64,000 nucleotides of DNA, from the NCBI GenBank assembly GCA_964016885.1, contig OZ024742.1:148800001-148864000 (forward strand). Direction: 5' to 3'. Source of the stretch: Eledone cirrhosa (Eukaryota). This document shows positions 1 to 12,455 of the stretch, piece after piece (position 1 is the stretch's first letter; every line of letters begins with the position of its first letter). The position numbers and the translations under genes are program-made. A model generated the notes under the pieces. The model saw only the letters and a list, made by a program, of their open reading frames with translations, made no database searches and was not told where the DNA came from.

Positions 1-142
1 TGTGAATTTGTATATGTATGTTTGTATGAGTGTGTGTGTGTGTGTATGTATATAAGAGTGAATGCGTGTGTCTGCATGTGTATGTATGCATGCATGTATG
101 CATATATATGTGCGTACATATATATGCATGTATTATGGATAT

Positions 143-224
<82 letters not shown>

Positions 225-290
225 GTTATTCCGGGTTGAATCGGAGGTAACCACAGTAAGTAAGGTACTCAATACATAGCAGAGTATAAA

Positions 291-415
291 AGTTTTAATA
301 TAGATGAGATTCTACAGGACTAGAACTGTTTCATTCATTAGAAATCATCAGGAAAAAGCTGATGATTTCTAATGAATGAAACAGTTCTAGTCCTGTAGAA
401 TCTCATCTATATTAA

Positions 416-419
<4 letters not shown>
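291..419. repeat. Perfect 61-bp inverted repeat (291-351 / 359-419, 7-nt spacer) in a module between (TA)n arrays; each arm carries a hammerhead-like core
   Basis: Arms are exact reverse complements. The right arm reads CTGATGA-T-TTC-TAAT-GAA-T-GAAA-CAG-TT, with only a 2-bp stem I (AG/CT). Confidence 0.9.
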
Positions 420-480
<61 letters not shown>

Positions 481-874
481 TGTATCTATGTATGTACAGA
501 TGGATGGAAAGATAGACTGATATGTGTGTGTATGTACGTAAACATAAATCTGTGGATGCATGTGTATGTCAGTGTGTGTGGGGGGGGGGGGGTAACAAAC
601 TGAAAACTCCTCGGATTTCCGAGAAGAAATTGTGTGACCTCCAAGCAAAATAAGCGATTATACATATTGGATAACACAGTTATATATTGTCTGGAGAAAA
701 TTAGAGAACGTGACAACAGTAAAGCAATTGACCATAGGTCTGGTCGGTCAGACTTGGGGCTCAATAACAACAAGCCAGCATACACTTCATTTGAAATGTG
801 CAGCCTTGTATTAATACAAGAAATTCTTGCGTATACTTATACACACCATTTGTGTGCGTGCGGGCGATTATATG

Positions 875-982
<108 letters not shown>

Positions 983-984
983 CC

Positions 985-1624
985 TGAATGTTTTCCCGGT
1001 GAGAGGATGGACAGATGGTGCAAAAATCCGACTATACAAAGATGGATGTCTAGAGAGTGTGACCAGTGGTGTAGAAACCATAGAACGGCGCAGAGGAAGT
1101 AGAGAGTTGTGGGGGCACGCGTGCAACAGGAAGTGGTCAAGAAGGTCAAGGCAGGCGGTGGAGAAGGCAGGGCGAAGGATGCGAGAGAGAGAGAGGAGAT
1201 AGCAGTTAGGAGGATGACAGACATGCGAGAGGATGACAGGCAGGGACGGTCTGTATGTGTGTGTGGAGTGTGTGTATGTGTGTGTGCGGAGGTGCGGTGG
1301 ACAGGAGAGGAGGTGGGTTAGTGTGAAAAGTTGAGGCAGAGGGTGGTGGTGTGTGCGGAGGGGGTGGAGTTGTGTGTATATTAGTGGAGGTGTTAGTAGG
1401 ATGTGGGGGGGGGAGAAGATGCTGGGTACAGTATGAGTGAGTGTAATATACTGGTGTTTGGGTGGGAGTGTGTGTGTGTGTGCGTGTGGTAGGGTGGGTG
1501 TTAGTATTATTAGTGGTGGGGAGTCGAATACGGGTGCGTGGTGGGGTTAGTGGTGGTAGTGCGGGTGTGGAGTGGGTTGTGTATCGGTGTGTACGTGGGT
1601 GTGGGTGAGTGTATGTATGCCGGT

Positions 1625-1659
<35 letters not shown>

Positions 1660-2444
1660 GTGAGGGGGGAAGGTGGGTTGCGGGATGTGAAGTGGAGGGG
1701 GTGTGGGTTGGGTGGGAAGGTGAGGGAGTCAAAAAGGCGAAGGGCGTGGTTGGTGTCGGCGATGTGGGAGGGGAGGGCGGTGACTGGGGGGGGGGGGCTT
1801 GTGGGTTTTGGTGGCGGTGAGGAAGGAGAAGAGGTCGTGGTTGATGTTATGGATGAAGAGGGTAATGGAGTGGGCGAGGAGGGGTGATACGCGGAGTGGA
1901 GGCGGAGGAGAGTGGGGGGAAGTTTGTGGTCGAGGTTGCAGATGGGGGAGAGGGAGGAGCGGAGGGAGTTACGATTGAGGAGACATGAGGAGCGGGTGAG
2001 GATGTGTAGGGTGAAGCGAAGGGGGGGAGCAGTCGGAAGTCGTGGGGAATAAGGTGGAGGTGGAGGCAGCGGCTGAGGAAATGGATGTGGCTGGAATACG
2101 GGGTCTTAGCGAAGAGGAGGTAGAAGTGTTGAATGTCCGAGGGGAGATAGCAGGGTGGGAGGAGGGTGGTGAGGAAGTGTTTAAGGCGGGTGTGGAGAAA
2201 GGATTTCAGGCTAGCCATGGTGGGTGCGGGGTGTCAGAGAGGAGGAGGGTGCGGTACGAGGGGGAAGTGGAACAAAGTGGGTGAATGCAAATAGGATAAA
2301 CAGAGATGGGTAAGGAAATAGGAACGAAAAATCAATACAAAATTATCATAAACAAAAGAAAAAATAAACAGAAAAATCATTAACAAAAAATCGGAGACTG
2401 AAAGAGAAAAGGTTTTTGGAGAGAGTTTTTTGAAAAAGTCAAGA

Positions 2445-2448
<4 letters not shown>
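985..2448 (-). mobile_element. 5' fragment of a Penelope-like element ORF, interrupted by low-complexity sequence
   Basis: ORF 1847..2218(-) contains HIHFLSRCLHLHLIPHDFRL, resembling the N-terminal H..FL..C....IP.G motif of PLE ORFs. Coding-like sequence continues at 987-1220(-). Bounded by (GT)n and (GA)n. Confidence 0.5.
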
Positions 2449-2514
<66 letters not shown>

Positions 2515-3370
2515 TATTCGACCCAAAGTAATTGACTAAAATAATAGTCAATCACTATAAATAATTGAGAAAATCGGATAAAGTACCTCTGGAAACGAAA
2601 CAAAGGGGACAGAGGCACCTGTAAAGAATCGAACCCCGCATCACTCGGATGCTGAGCGACAGCAGTAAGAATTTCCTTGTTTTCACGTATTTTCTTATAA
2701 CCCTTTTATGTTTACTTCTAAGTACATTAATGTTTGAAAGCCTTCTCGGCCTCATCATAAAATTTCGATGAATTTATTGAAAGGTTTATTTACAATAACG
2801 TATAACTTTACGTAAAAGTGATAGAAAGATAAATTACGACTGAAAAGTTGGGATTAAAAAATCGGAAAGATTTCACTTAGGTGACTTAGGCGAGCCATTC
2901 AGAAAGTTTCGTGGGCCGCATGCGGCAGGTTGCCCATGATTGGTTTAAAGTATAATTCGATAGGCTGGGGGTGATCACGTGATTAGGAACCGAATTTGGA
3001 GGTACTTTCTCGTCAAAAAACGGGAGTGCCATGATTTAGTGAATGTAGAGAGTGACAATCCTAAATGGAATTCAAGTCTGTTTCTCGTGAATTCGTTAGT
3101 CAAGAGAATTTCGTATTGTCTTTGTGGCAATCACCAACGTTCAAAAGTACAGGAATTGTAATATATGTATGCATGTGTGAGTGTGTGTGAGGGTGTGTGG
3201 GTGGGGTATGTAGAACTAGGTTTGTTTCCTACTACGTCTGATTAATAATAACAATAACAACAACAACAATAATAGTAATAATAATTATTATTTTTACCAT
3301 TCCTATCAGAAACATGACAACCATAATAATGATCCAATCATCAAAATTAGCAAGAATTGTACGTGAATCT

Positions 3371-3438
<68 letters not shown>

Positions 3439-3920
3439 ATAAGTGCGTTGAGTTGTTATGGTTCGGTAAGTAGCCGGATGCTATTTTGAATAAATATTTT
3501 TATTTATTTATTCGTGTGTGGTTTGTGTGTGTGTGTGTGAATAAGTGCGTGTGGGTGTGTGTGTGTGTGTGTTTATGGTGGGCGTGTCGGTTAGAGCTGT
3601 CTGTCCTTCACATACCCATGAGCCATGTGAAACTACGGTGGCCTATATGGGATGTCTAGAGCCAGTGGTTTGAAGTTCATAAACAGGAGGTATCTTCTGT
3701 AACAGAAAAATATTAGGTCAGTTTCCCTGTAGCTGGACATCTCAGGCAGACTTCAAAATTGCGAACCAGCACGGACACCATGGAAACACCAACGTCAGAC
3801 CCACCAACAGGTTACCTGAACCAACCAATGGAGGCCCGTAACAGCTTGGCCCAAACGCCATTCTTTCTTTTATTTTACTTTTCTCCAAACTGTTAGTATT
3901 TGTATGCATATATACATATT

Positions 3921-3963
<43 letters not shown>

Positions 3964-3989
3964 GGAAACTATATTTATAAAACCATATC

Positions 3990-4054
3990 TATTTCATTAT
4001 ACATATTTCAGGGATACCACATTAAATTATGGTATGCCTTCATCAGACAAAATA
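3990..4054 (-). ncRNA. Type I hammerhead ribozyme motif
   Basis: Minus strand: TATTTTGT-CTGATGA-AGGCATACCATA-ATTTAA-TGTGGTATCCCT-GAAA-TATGTA-TA-ATGAAATA. Complete core, 8-bp stem I (2 G.U), long stem II, near-palindromic stem III, AUA cleavage triplet. Confidence 0.8.
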
Positions 4055-4219
4055 CAATATATAACAGTTTTACAAATAGCTTTGACGTACCCTTTTAAAA
4101 TACAACCATTACTTTTGGAGGCTGTCTATATATATATATATACTTAGGGTAAACATTGATGCAATTCAATTCAAGCACTCAACGTACTTTTTCCACATAG
4201 GAGAGACGGAGTAAATATC

Positions 4220-4509
4220 GAATAAGTAAAAGCGAAGTAGTTTCAGATGTTCAAGTCCTGCGCAGACCAGTGGGGGTGAATTGGTACTCACAGGGGAACG
4301 GATGAAGAACCCAAAAGCACACACTTCGTCCGTTCCCATGTCGATTCAACTTGGATTGCCTCGGAAACATAACCTTATTATGTAACAAGCTGTCTGATGA
4401 TGTCACGACACTCGCACACAGAACAGTGTGGCCAGTCTCGTCATTGAAATATATATCACACCATTATTATTAAAGGACTTGAACATCTGAAACTACTTCG
4501 CTTTTACTT

Positions 4510-4513
<4 letters not shown>
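4220..4513. repeat. 40-bp inverted repeat (4220-4259 / 4474-4513) bracketing a hammerhead-containing module
   Basis: gaataagtaaaagcgaagtagtttcagatgttcaagtcct and its exact reverse complement; the right copy abuts (TA)n. Confidence 0.9.
4391..4460 (+). ncRNA. Type I hammerhead ribozyme motif
   Basis: TGT-CTGATGA-[long bulged stem II: ACGA/TCGT, ACT/AGT, CACAC/GTGTG]-GAAA-TATATA-TC-ACA; palindromic stem III, AUC triplet, 3-bp stem I. Confidence 0.7.
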
Positions 4514-4558
<45 letters not shown>

Positions 4559-4561
<3 letters not shown>

Positions 4562-4692
4562 TAACAGATTAAAGTTTAAGCAAAGAATCGCTGCTTTCAC
4601 CCTTACTGGGATCTTCTGAAACTCAAAAGATTCAGAAGATCCCGGTAAGGGTGAAAGCAGCGATTCTTTGCTTAAACTTTAATCTGTTATTT
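4559..4692. repeat. 62-bp inverted repeat (4559-4620 / 4631-4692) with a degenerate hammerhead-like core
   Basis: Arms match except for one position. The right arm reads CAGAAGA-T-CCC-GGTAA-GGG-T-GAAA-GCAGC. A second, non-palindromic copy lies at about 46070-46230. Confidence 0.85.
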
Positions 4693-4813
4693 CAATAAAT
4701 ATTTGTTCTACGGGTTTTTATATATATTTATATATAATCCTTATGGAGCTCTCTTCGGATTTTAGTCTTCACATTTATTATTACTATATATATATATATG
4801 CACACTTACTTAA

Positions 4814-4851
<38 letters not shown>

Positions 4852-4855
<4 letters not shown>

Positions 4856-5360
4856 TGTTATACTTTGGGAGGGTCATGTTGCCAATAAGAAACACACGCA
4901 CCAGTTGCTTTCACTTCAATTTATTATAATAAATTTATAATAAATTTATAAATTTATAAATTTCTGGTTGGTTGGTTGGTTCCACAACCAGATAGTTGTT
5001 TATATATTGTCATAGTTCTTTCGTCACACACTCTGTGACCTCTTCAGTGACTGGGGATTCCTTTCTTTGTTTCTGTGCCTCTCCTTTGTTCTGTCCTACG
5101 CCACAAAATGGCGTAGGACAGAACAAAGGAGAGGCACAGAAACAAAGAAAGGAATCCCCAGTCACTGAAGAGGTCACAGAGTGTGTGACGAAAGAACTAT
5201 GACAATATATAAACAACTATCTGGTTGTGGAACCAACCAACCAACCAGAAATTTATAAATTTATAAATTTATTATAAATTTATTATAATAAATTGAAGTG
5301 AAAGCAACTGGTGCGTGTGTTTCTTATTGGCAACATGACCCTCCCAAAGTATAACAATAT
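4852..5360. repeat. Perfect 252-bp-arm palindrome (4852-5103 / 5109-5360, 5-nt loop)
   Basis: Arms are reverse complements; the mirror ORFs 4996..5202(+) and 5010..5216(-) confirm the symmetry. Flanked by (TA)n. Confidence 0.95.
5161..5203 (+). ncRNA. Minimal type I hammerhead ribozyme (mirror copy at 5009-5051 on the - strand)
   Basis: GTCA-CTGAAGA-G-GTCACA-GAGTG-TGTGAC-GAAA-GAAC-TA-TGAC: 4-bp stem I, 6-bp stem II, minimal stem III, CUA triplet. Confidence 0.85.
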
Positions 5361-5500
5361 CGGTTTCAACACACGATTTCAGATAAAGAATCTTGCTAAA
5401 CAAATTCAGAAACGAAATATATATATATATATATATATATATCAAAAGTGTACAAAGTGAATACTAACAAAAATTGTGTATCCATTGTCTCAATTACCAG

Positions 5501-5666
5501 CCCCTGGATGCCGTATTCCGACCGACCTCCGTGGTGAGTGGCGCTATACACTAAAAATCGCTCGTCGACTTTTGGTTGATGTGAAATATATTGGTCTGGT
5601 ATTGTTAAATAACACAGTGGTACGACTGAACTGTGAGAGCCGTGATGGAAATATGTTTCTCTTTAG
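5501..5666 (+). CDS. Internal exon of an uncharacterised Cys/Trp-patterned protein (PGCRIPTDLRGEW...NCESRDGNMFLFR)
   Basis: Acceptor ttaccAG, donor GTGAGT, open frame, phase 1 in and phase 2 out; joins in frame to 26843. Confidence 0.8.
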
Positions 5667-5760
5667 GTGAGTACCCTTTCAACTCTCGCATCTCCTTCTC
5701 TCTATCTATATTATTTATATCTGTTTTCTTCATCTGTATCTCCTTGACTTTTCATGTTTT

Positions 5761-5804
<44 letters not shown>

Positions 5805-5806
5805 CA

Positions 5807-5889
<83 letters not shown>

Positions 5890-5975
5890 AAAAGGTAAAC
5901 AGAAATAACAACAGAATCGGTATAGTATATGGAAGGAATATATTAGGTTAACTCTTGAAATTGCAGGAAGAGGCT

Positions 5976-6008
5976 CTTAACGTTTCGGACGCTAGTCCTT
6001 CACAGAAG
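5976..6008 (-). ncRNA. Minimal type I hammerhead motif with a 1-nt core deletion
   Basis: Minus strand: CTT-CTG(-)TGA-A-GGAC-TAGC-GTCC-GAAA-CG-TT-AAG; palindromic AACGTT stem III as in PLE hammerheads. Confidence 0.7.
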
Positions 6009-6306
6009 AAAGAATGAGAAGTAATATAGATTGAAGGGAAGGGACGGGCGGGGTGGAATTGGAAAAAATGTCTTTAGATAGAAATAACAGGTCCATTCAT
6101 TTTGACATCTCTTATAAATATATGTGTTTGTGTCTATATTGTATCTGTATTATTTTTGACCGTCGGTCAGTCAATGGCAACATTGAGGACCGAGTAAGTT
6201 AGATTGCAGATATAAAAGACAGCGAGAAGCGAAAACCAACCAAACAGTGAGTGTGTTCTGTTATTAATTCTGGCAATATTACGCAAATATGACCCTCCCC
6301 AAGTAT

Positions 6307-6354
<48 letters not shown>

Positions 6355-6706
6355 ACTAAAACATGGCGTTTTTCTAGATTGTCTAGGAGAAATTATTGTT
6401 AATGCAATGTTTCCAAACATTTTATTCCTTTGGCATTTACAATGTACTGAGCTGTGCACGAACTAAGTATTTTCGTTTTTAAACGAAAATAGCGACACTC
6501 TGAGTGGCCGTTCCATTAGTGTATGTACGTTCAATGCCACATTTTTAGACTGAAACATTTTTTTTTAAATAAAAGCAGATATCAACGCTTGGCTTTCTGG
6601 TTGAACATCAGCTTAATGCTGTCTTTAGTAAATATATATATATATAATGAAGGAGTTGTGGTAAGGAACCAGATGGACCATAACGCACCAGACTACTCAA
6701 TACTTT

Positions 6707-6877
<171 letters not shown>

Positions 6878-6959
6878 AGGTGAGTTTTATTGTAGCACAA
6901 TAAAGCAATGCAAATATCGTATAAGTAGCACTCTACAGTTTGTAGGACTGGAGTATAAA

Positions 6960-7088
6960 TAATATAAGATCAAAAGGTGGTTAAAAAAGTTCCAAGTATT
7001 TTATTATGCGTATTTCAAAAACAAATATCATCCCATGATGATATTTGTTTTTGAAATACTTGGAACTCTTTTAACCTTCTTTTGATCT

Positions 7089-7095
<7 letters not shown>
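6960..7095. repeat. Imperfect fold-back between (TA)n arrays, centred on a GATGA...GAAA remnant
   Basis: Inner arms 7010-7032 / 7037-7059 are perfect; outer arms 6960-7001 / 7054-7095 have a few mismatches. Confidence 0.85.
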
Positions 7096-7158
<63 letters not shown>

Positions 7159-7229
7159 TATATATAATATATATATAATATATATATATATAATATATAT
7201 ATAATATATATATATATAATATATATATA

Positions 7230-7292
<63 letters not shown>

Positions 7293-7296
7293 ATAT

Positions 7297-7358
<62 letters not shown>

Positions 7359-7373
7359 ATTTATATATATATA

Positions 7374-7419
<46 letters not shown>

Positions 7420-7545
7420 TGTTTTGAATTAAGATTGTATTACTTTTTTCCCTCATCTTACATTAAAAAATGTTTCATCTTGATGGTATAGTCACTTATA
7501 TACTTGAATTATTGTTGGCATTTTGCTTACATTAATTTTATTTTC

Positions 7546-7717
<172 letters not shown>

Positions 7718-7849
7718 CCTAAAAATAAAGATATAAACATTAACTGTACATTCGTCAATAGCATATGAGATAAGAGCGCTAGTTTAAGAAATTAAGTTTT
7801 CTAGTTAAAATCCAGTGGAGTACTATGTATCTCATAGGATTCGATAGTA

Positions 7850-7890
7850 CTATGATGATTAGAAATGAAACTGATCGAAACCTGGTTTAG
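7850..7890 (+). ncRNA. Degenerate hammerhead-like motif
   Basis: CTATGAT-GATTAG-AAATGAAA-CTGATC-GAAA-CCTGG-TT-TAG; stems II and III are present, but the CUGANGA core is damaged. Confidence 0.4.
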
Positions 7891-8589
7891 ATGTAAATAT
7901 TTTTTTAATGTTTAATATCTAATAGTCTCTTATAGTTTATCTAGGACTATATTATTTTGTGTATTCTTGCGTCTTAAACTAACAGGTTGTGGTTTGAGAA
8001 CGGATCGACCACGCAGAGGCTGTAGAGGACTACTAAAACTATAAAATTGACGATTTTTATATTAGTTTCTAGACTGGTGTCTCAAGAAATAGATTTAACT
8101 CTGTTTTAACACAAGAAAGCTACTGTAGAGATGAAGGAACGAGTGCACGGTATCGAATCTCTCGTTAATCATCATACTTCCCACAATAATACCTACTTAC
8201 AGTTTTGTGGAGTGAGCAATGCGATGATTTTTATTCCTTTACCACGAAAATAGCACCGGCAACGAATACGTTCAACAAAGTAACACTTTAACTAGCTGAG
8301 ACTTTATATAAGTTTAAAAAAACATTGTTGGTGGGAACGTGCGAAGTTTTATGTCAGTATGCAATGAAACTAATGAGTCTAGATATGTTTGTACGGCATG
8401 GGGAGAAACAAAATCTAACCTAACGCCTCAGTTAAACTAATTACAATCCTGTAACACCAGTTTTCTCCCTATCTCGCCGCTTACGAAATGTGTATGTATT
8501 GTATTGACTCTAACTCCTGGTGGAGTCGTTGGAGCCCGATAGCAGTGACATACAACGTGTCTTGGGTCTTTTAAACCTGGCGGAGCCCA

Positions 8590-8765
8590 TCTATTCACCA
8601 GATCTGAACACAGGAAGGAATCGCCCCAGAACTGTACTGGCACTTTTTTTTCGACCTCGAAAGGATGAAAGGCAGGTTTTGAACTCAGAGTGCAGAGAGC
8701 CAAAACGAATACCACAAAAAATGCTATCCGACCTTCTAACGACTCTGTCAATTCGCCGCCTCTTA
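8590..8765 (-). mobile_element. tRNA-derived SINE with a conserved central domain (gcctttcatcctttcgaggtcga...agtaccag)
   Basis: Homologous copies by eye at about 28440-28640, 31755-31920, 50520-50660, 56321-56430, 56740-56850, 61990-62180 and 62615-62800; B-box-like gagttcaaa. Confidence 0.8.
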
Positions 8766-9299
8766 TGAACTTTGCTGAGAGCAAAACTTTGATAAGTGTT
8801 GTTACTCCGGCACTTTTTTCTCAGATGTCTTTGGCTGCTGACTAAATTCTTATCTTAGCCACCCTTTGCAAGACCAGCAACGCCAACAGCAATTCTGTAG
8901 TGGTGTACAGATACTAACAATTGAATAATGCATAAGAACGACAATTTAGGATGTTAATCAGGTATTCTCCGTGTGAAATAATATTCCTTCCTTTGCATTT
9001 ATTATTAACTAACGCCGTTTCGACAACATTCTTAAAATAAGCATTCTGTGTGAAGTTATTTAATGTGAAGGATTAATTATATCCGGATTGTATTCATTAT
9101 CTACCGAAACGTAACTCGCCAAAGCGTGACAAATTTGAGTGATATAAACTGTATTATGCTAATAGGTACGGTGTTTGTGTTGCATCGAGTACGAACTGCT
9201 GGAAATACAATTCTATTGCTGTACCAAGTAACCTAGAAAAATTGGACTATTTTAAAGAAATCTGAGTAACTGGCAAGTTACTGGTGTGAAATGTAGGGT

Positions 9300-10065
9300 A
9301 AAATGTAAGGTTATATTTTGGAGTAAGGGAGGCAGTTGCGTAGCTAGAATTTGTGCTGCTTGACCAGCAGCGAAGGGCACGTCTTCAGACAAGTCACCGT
9401 CCATGCTCCAACAAGAGCAGAACGAATTGATTTCTTCAGGCGCCTGGAGACCCTTCTAGAACGTCCCGCTCTTTAGTGTTAGTTGGCGACTGGAACGGAG
9501 TCTTTGATGCACGCTGGGACTATGTGCGACTAACGGATAAGGGAGGAGAGTGTAAAAGCCTCCCAAACCAGCTCAAATGCTTCCAATTGTCTGACAGATA
9601 CTGACAGGATTCCCTGAATACGCCAATGTGGAAATGGACTAACCGTATCGGGTCATCCAGATCGTATCTAGATCGTATTCTGTAGGGAAGTAGACAAGGA
9701 TAGCATAAGTTGTCGACAATTTAATGTAGTCAACTACACAGACCCCAAACTTGTGATCTGTGTGATAGATCTAGATAGGCTCCATAGGCAGGGATCCGGT
9801 TACTGGAAGCTGAAAGCGTCATTCACGGTACGCAAAGCCTAGAGAAGCTGGATTAGTGAATTAGTTAAAAGGGCATTGACAGGTGCAATCATCAAGAGTG
9901 AGTGGTGATTCGTCCAGAAAATGGCAATTAGAGTAGAATCGATAAGGTTTAGTAAAGCCGTAGCGATAGAAAAAACTAGAGTAGAGGGAGAACTAGTTAA
10001 AAAAAACTAGAAGAGACATCGAAACTGACATGCTTGTCGCGAGATTGGTCCTGGACCAATTCTTC
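9300..10065 (+). mobile_element. Degenerate Tx1/L1-clade LINE, APE endonuclease region
   Basis: Interrupted frames give SLVLVGDWNGVFD, WTNRIGSSRSYLDRIL, TD.KLV and GSGYWKL.AS motifs. Confidence 0.8.
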
Positions 10066-10200
10066 AATATATATATATATATAAACGTTTGAATATGTGT
10101 AATAAAGCCAAAACAATGCAGGTATGGACATAGAAAAAAGAATGCAATTGTAAAAGATATTGTTGACAATTCGTCCTTTACCTTAGATTTATTTAAATGT

Positions 10201-10235
10201 CCTTAATTTTCGAGATAATATCTCTTCTTCAGAGG
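10201..10235 (-). ncRNA. Minimal type I hammerhead ribozyme
   Basis: Minus strand: CCT-CTGAAGA-A-GAGAT-ATT-ATCTC-GAAA-AT-TA-AGG; intact core, palindromic AAUU stem III, 3-bp stem I. The module is flanked by (TA)n. Confidence 0.85.
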
Positions 10236-10613
10236 GAAATAAAGGTCTCAAACCAGCGTTCTAAATATCTTGCCAAAACCTCCTCCCATATATATATATA
10301 TATTACATTCAAAGTTATAGATGTCATGTTTGAGATAATCTCAAACATGCGTCTTATCTCACAAATATAAGCTCAAAGAATAGTTCAAGGAATAAATTCG
10401 AGCAGTTAATCATTACAAAATAGTTAATGACATATATACATACATATATATTTAATGATATAAACGTACAATAGAACATATCAAACTTTAACAGGAGACA
10501 ATCTGTATAGAATATAAGAATACATAGTTCGTTACACTATCATATTAAAATTTAGTAAAAATTCTAAATATAGATACCTATTACATATTTCCCTCATATG
10601 TATCCTTCACAAA

Positions 10614-10673
10614 TCATGAATACATTTCACCAAATATCGGTGCAGTTCAATGATCGATCTGGATCGTCAGTGA
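10614..10673 (-). ncRNA. Hammerhead-like motif with an imperfect stem I register
   Basis: Minus strand: TCA-CTGACGA-T-CCAGAT...ATTTGG-T-GAAA-TGTA-TT-CATGA; lies inside a ~600-bp module with ~28-bp terminal direct repeats. Confidence 0.5.
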
Positions 10674-11127
10674 GGGAATCGATCCATCTGAACTTACACC
10701 CGTTCATATACAGAACTGAGAACGACGAAAGAAGCACATGGTATTATCAAAAATAAAAAAAACATGCACGCCGTCGCCGTCTACAGTAACGTGAAAGGGT
10801 TTAACGACAACTAGAAATAGCAGCCTAACCTCTCAACATAGTGAAAGCTCAACCAAGTAGGAACATAAATATATTACATTCAAAGTTATAGGTGTCACAT
10901 ATATATATATATACAATAAAGAATGTCCATAGACTCATTTGATAAAATATACACATTATTTCCTCTCCCAATCAGCATAATCAACCACACAAAAACCAAT
11001 TAAACAAGGCTATAAGATTAAAAGGCACCTATGAAGAAATAATAGATAAATAAACGACAGCTATCTATCCGCGATCAACAGCTATAGAATATTTACCCAG
11101 CATTTCTAATATATATATATATATAAT

Positions 11128-11665
11128 GTCAGGTCGCTCTCGAGTGAGAGCTACTGGTGGTAACATGTAACGCAGTACAACCTGTCTCATGGTTGGGTCG
11201 TCGGCGACTAAACAGGCAACCCCACCAAGCTAGCTTGGTGGGGGGGGGGGGGGGGATATTTGGACACCCTACTGGATGAAATACAATACTCAGCAACAGG
11301 GCTGAGGAACTCAGCAGAGTCAACGGCCATCCAAATAGTATTTTTTTTTTTTTTCGCCTAGGCGTGAAAGGCCCCCACGTGTTGTCACAACACCTTTCTA
11401 AGAGAGGAAAACTCTGAAAAAACAACCTGCGGCTTCGGAAGCATCCGATTATGTTGACTAGTTCTCCTTTTCGGGTAGTGTTTTCGATGTTCAGAGAGTG
11501 GGATTGGTCGAGTGCAAGGCCTTTCCCCACTTAAAAAACCTTCAAAGCACAGGCATTGCTTGTTCAGGATAGGTTTGTGTGGCTGGCCGTAGCCTAAAAG
11601 TGCACCAAACTCTATAATCTGACAAGTGATTGCAATACTCTTAGTAGAATTTGCAGCCATCATCA
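11128..11665 (+). mobile_element. Non-coding ~550-bp retroposon-like element of a TATG/TA-associated family
   Basis: Collinear by eye with the reverse complements of 32378-33001, 24948-25300 and 33055-33456 (shared gtcgtcggcgactaaa, gtcaacggccatccaaa, agagtgggattg, gcacaggcattgc, gcagccatcat). Confidence 0.75.
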
Positions 11666-12346
11666 TATATGTATATGTGTGTGTGGGGGGGTGTAAACAG
11701 AAATCAATAGTCATGTTACCACATATATTTATGAGGAAGGGTGTTTTTGAATATGGCGATATGAATGTTATCGTACCACTAATAAAGAAATCATTTTACT
11801 ATTTTATTTTATTTCAGAAATATCTGAACAGTAATATCAATAAATATTTTAAAACAAAACTAGGTTTTATTAAAATGTTCACATTCTGATGACGTAAATA
11901 TAACTATACAGAGTTTGATCACAATTTCGTGTTCATTAATTTTCATGGTATTTAATGTCTCTTCTGTTTATAGTCAAGCAAATATTTACTCTAAAATATT
12001 CAGTGTGACTGTATCGAGAGTAAATTCTATGTTTCTGCTTGGAACCCCAGGTTTCCTGCACTTGGAGAACCTGGTTATGTTATGTTGCCATACGATGATG
12101 TCACACTACCGTACACCTTGTTACAGAGTATGTTAAATAACTCAAAGGTGCATAAAACAGCACCACAAGCAAGGTAGAAATTACTCTGACTACACACTAG
12201 TCTTTAGATGTACTAAGCTACAAATCATCGTGGATGACCTCCATTTTCTCAATCCTTTAAAACTTTAACAATACATGTAAACATTAATTGAAAAGGATTG
12301 GAGCAATGAGTGTATATGAATTTTCATCTCTCTATCTATCTATCTA

Positions 12347-12455
<109 letters not shown>

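Noticed and set aside
4996-5216. Two near-identical 68-aa ORFs on opposite strands
   Set aside because: They are a by-product of the perfect palindrome, with no coding signature.
11888-11910. CTGATGA as a hammerhead core or C box
   Set aside because: No stem II-GAAA and no matching D box or terminal stem nearby.
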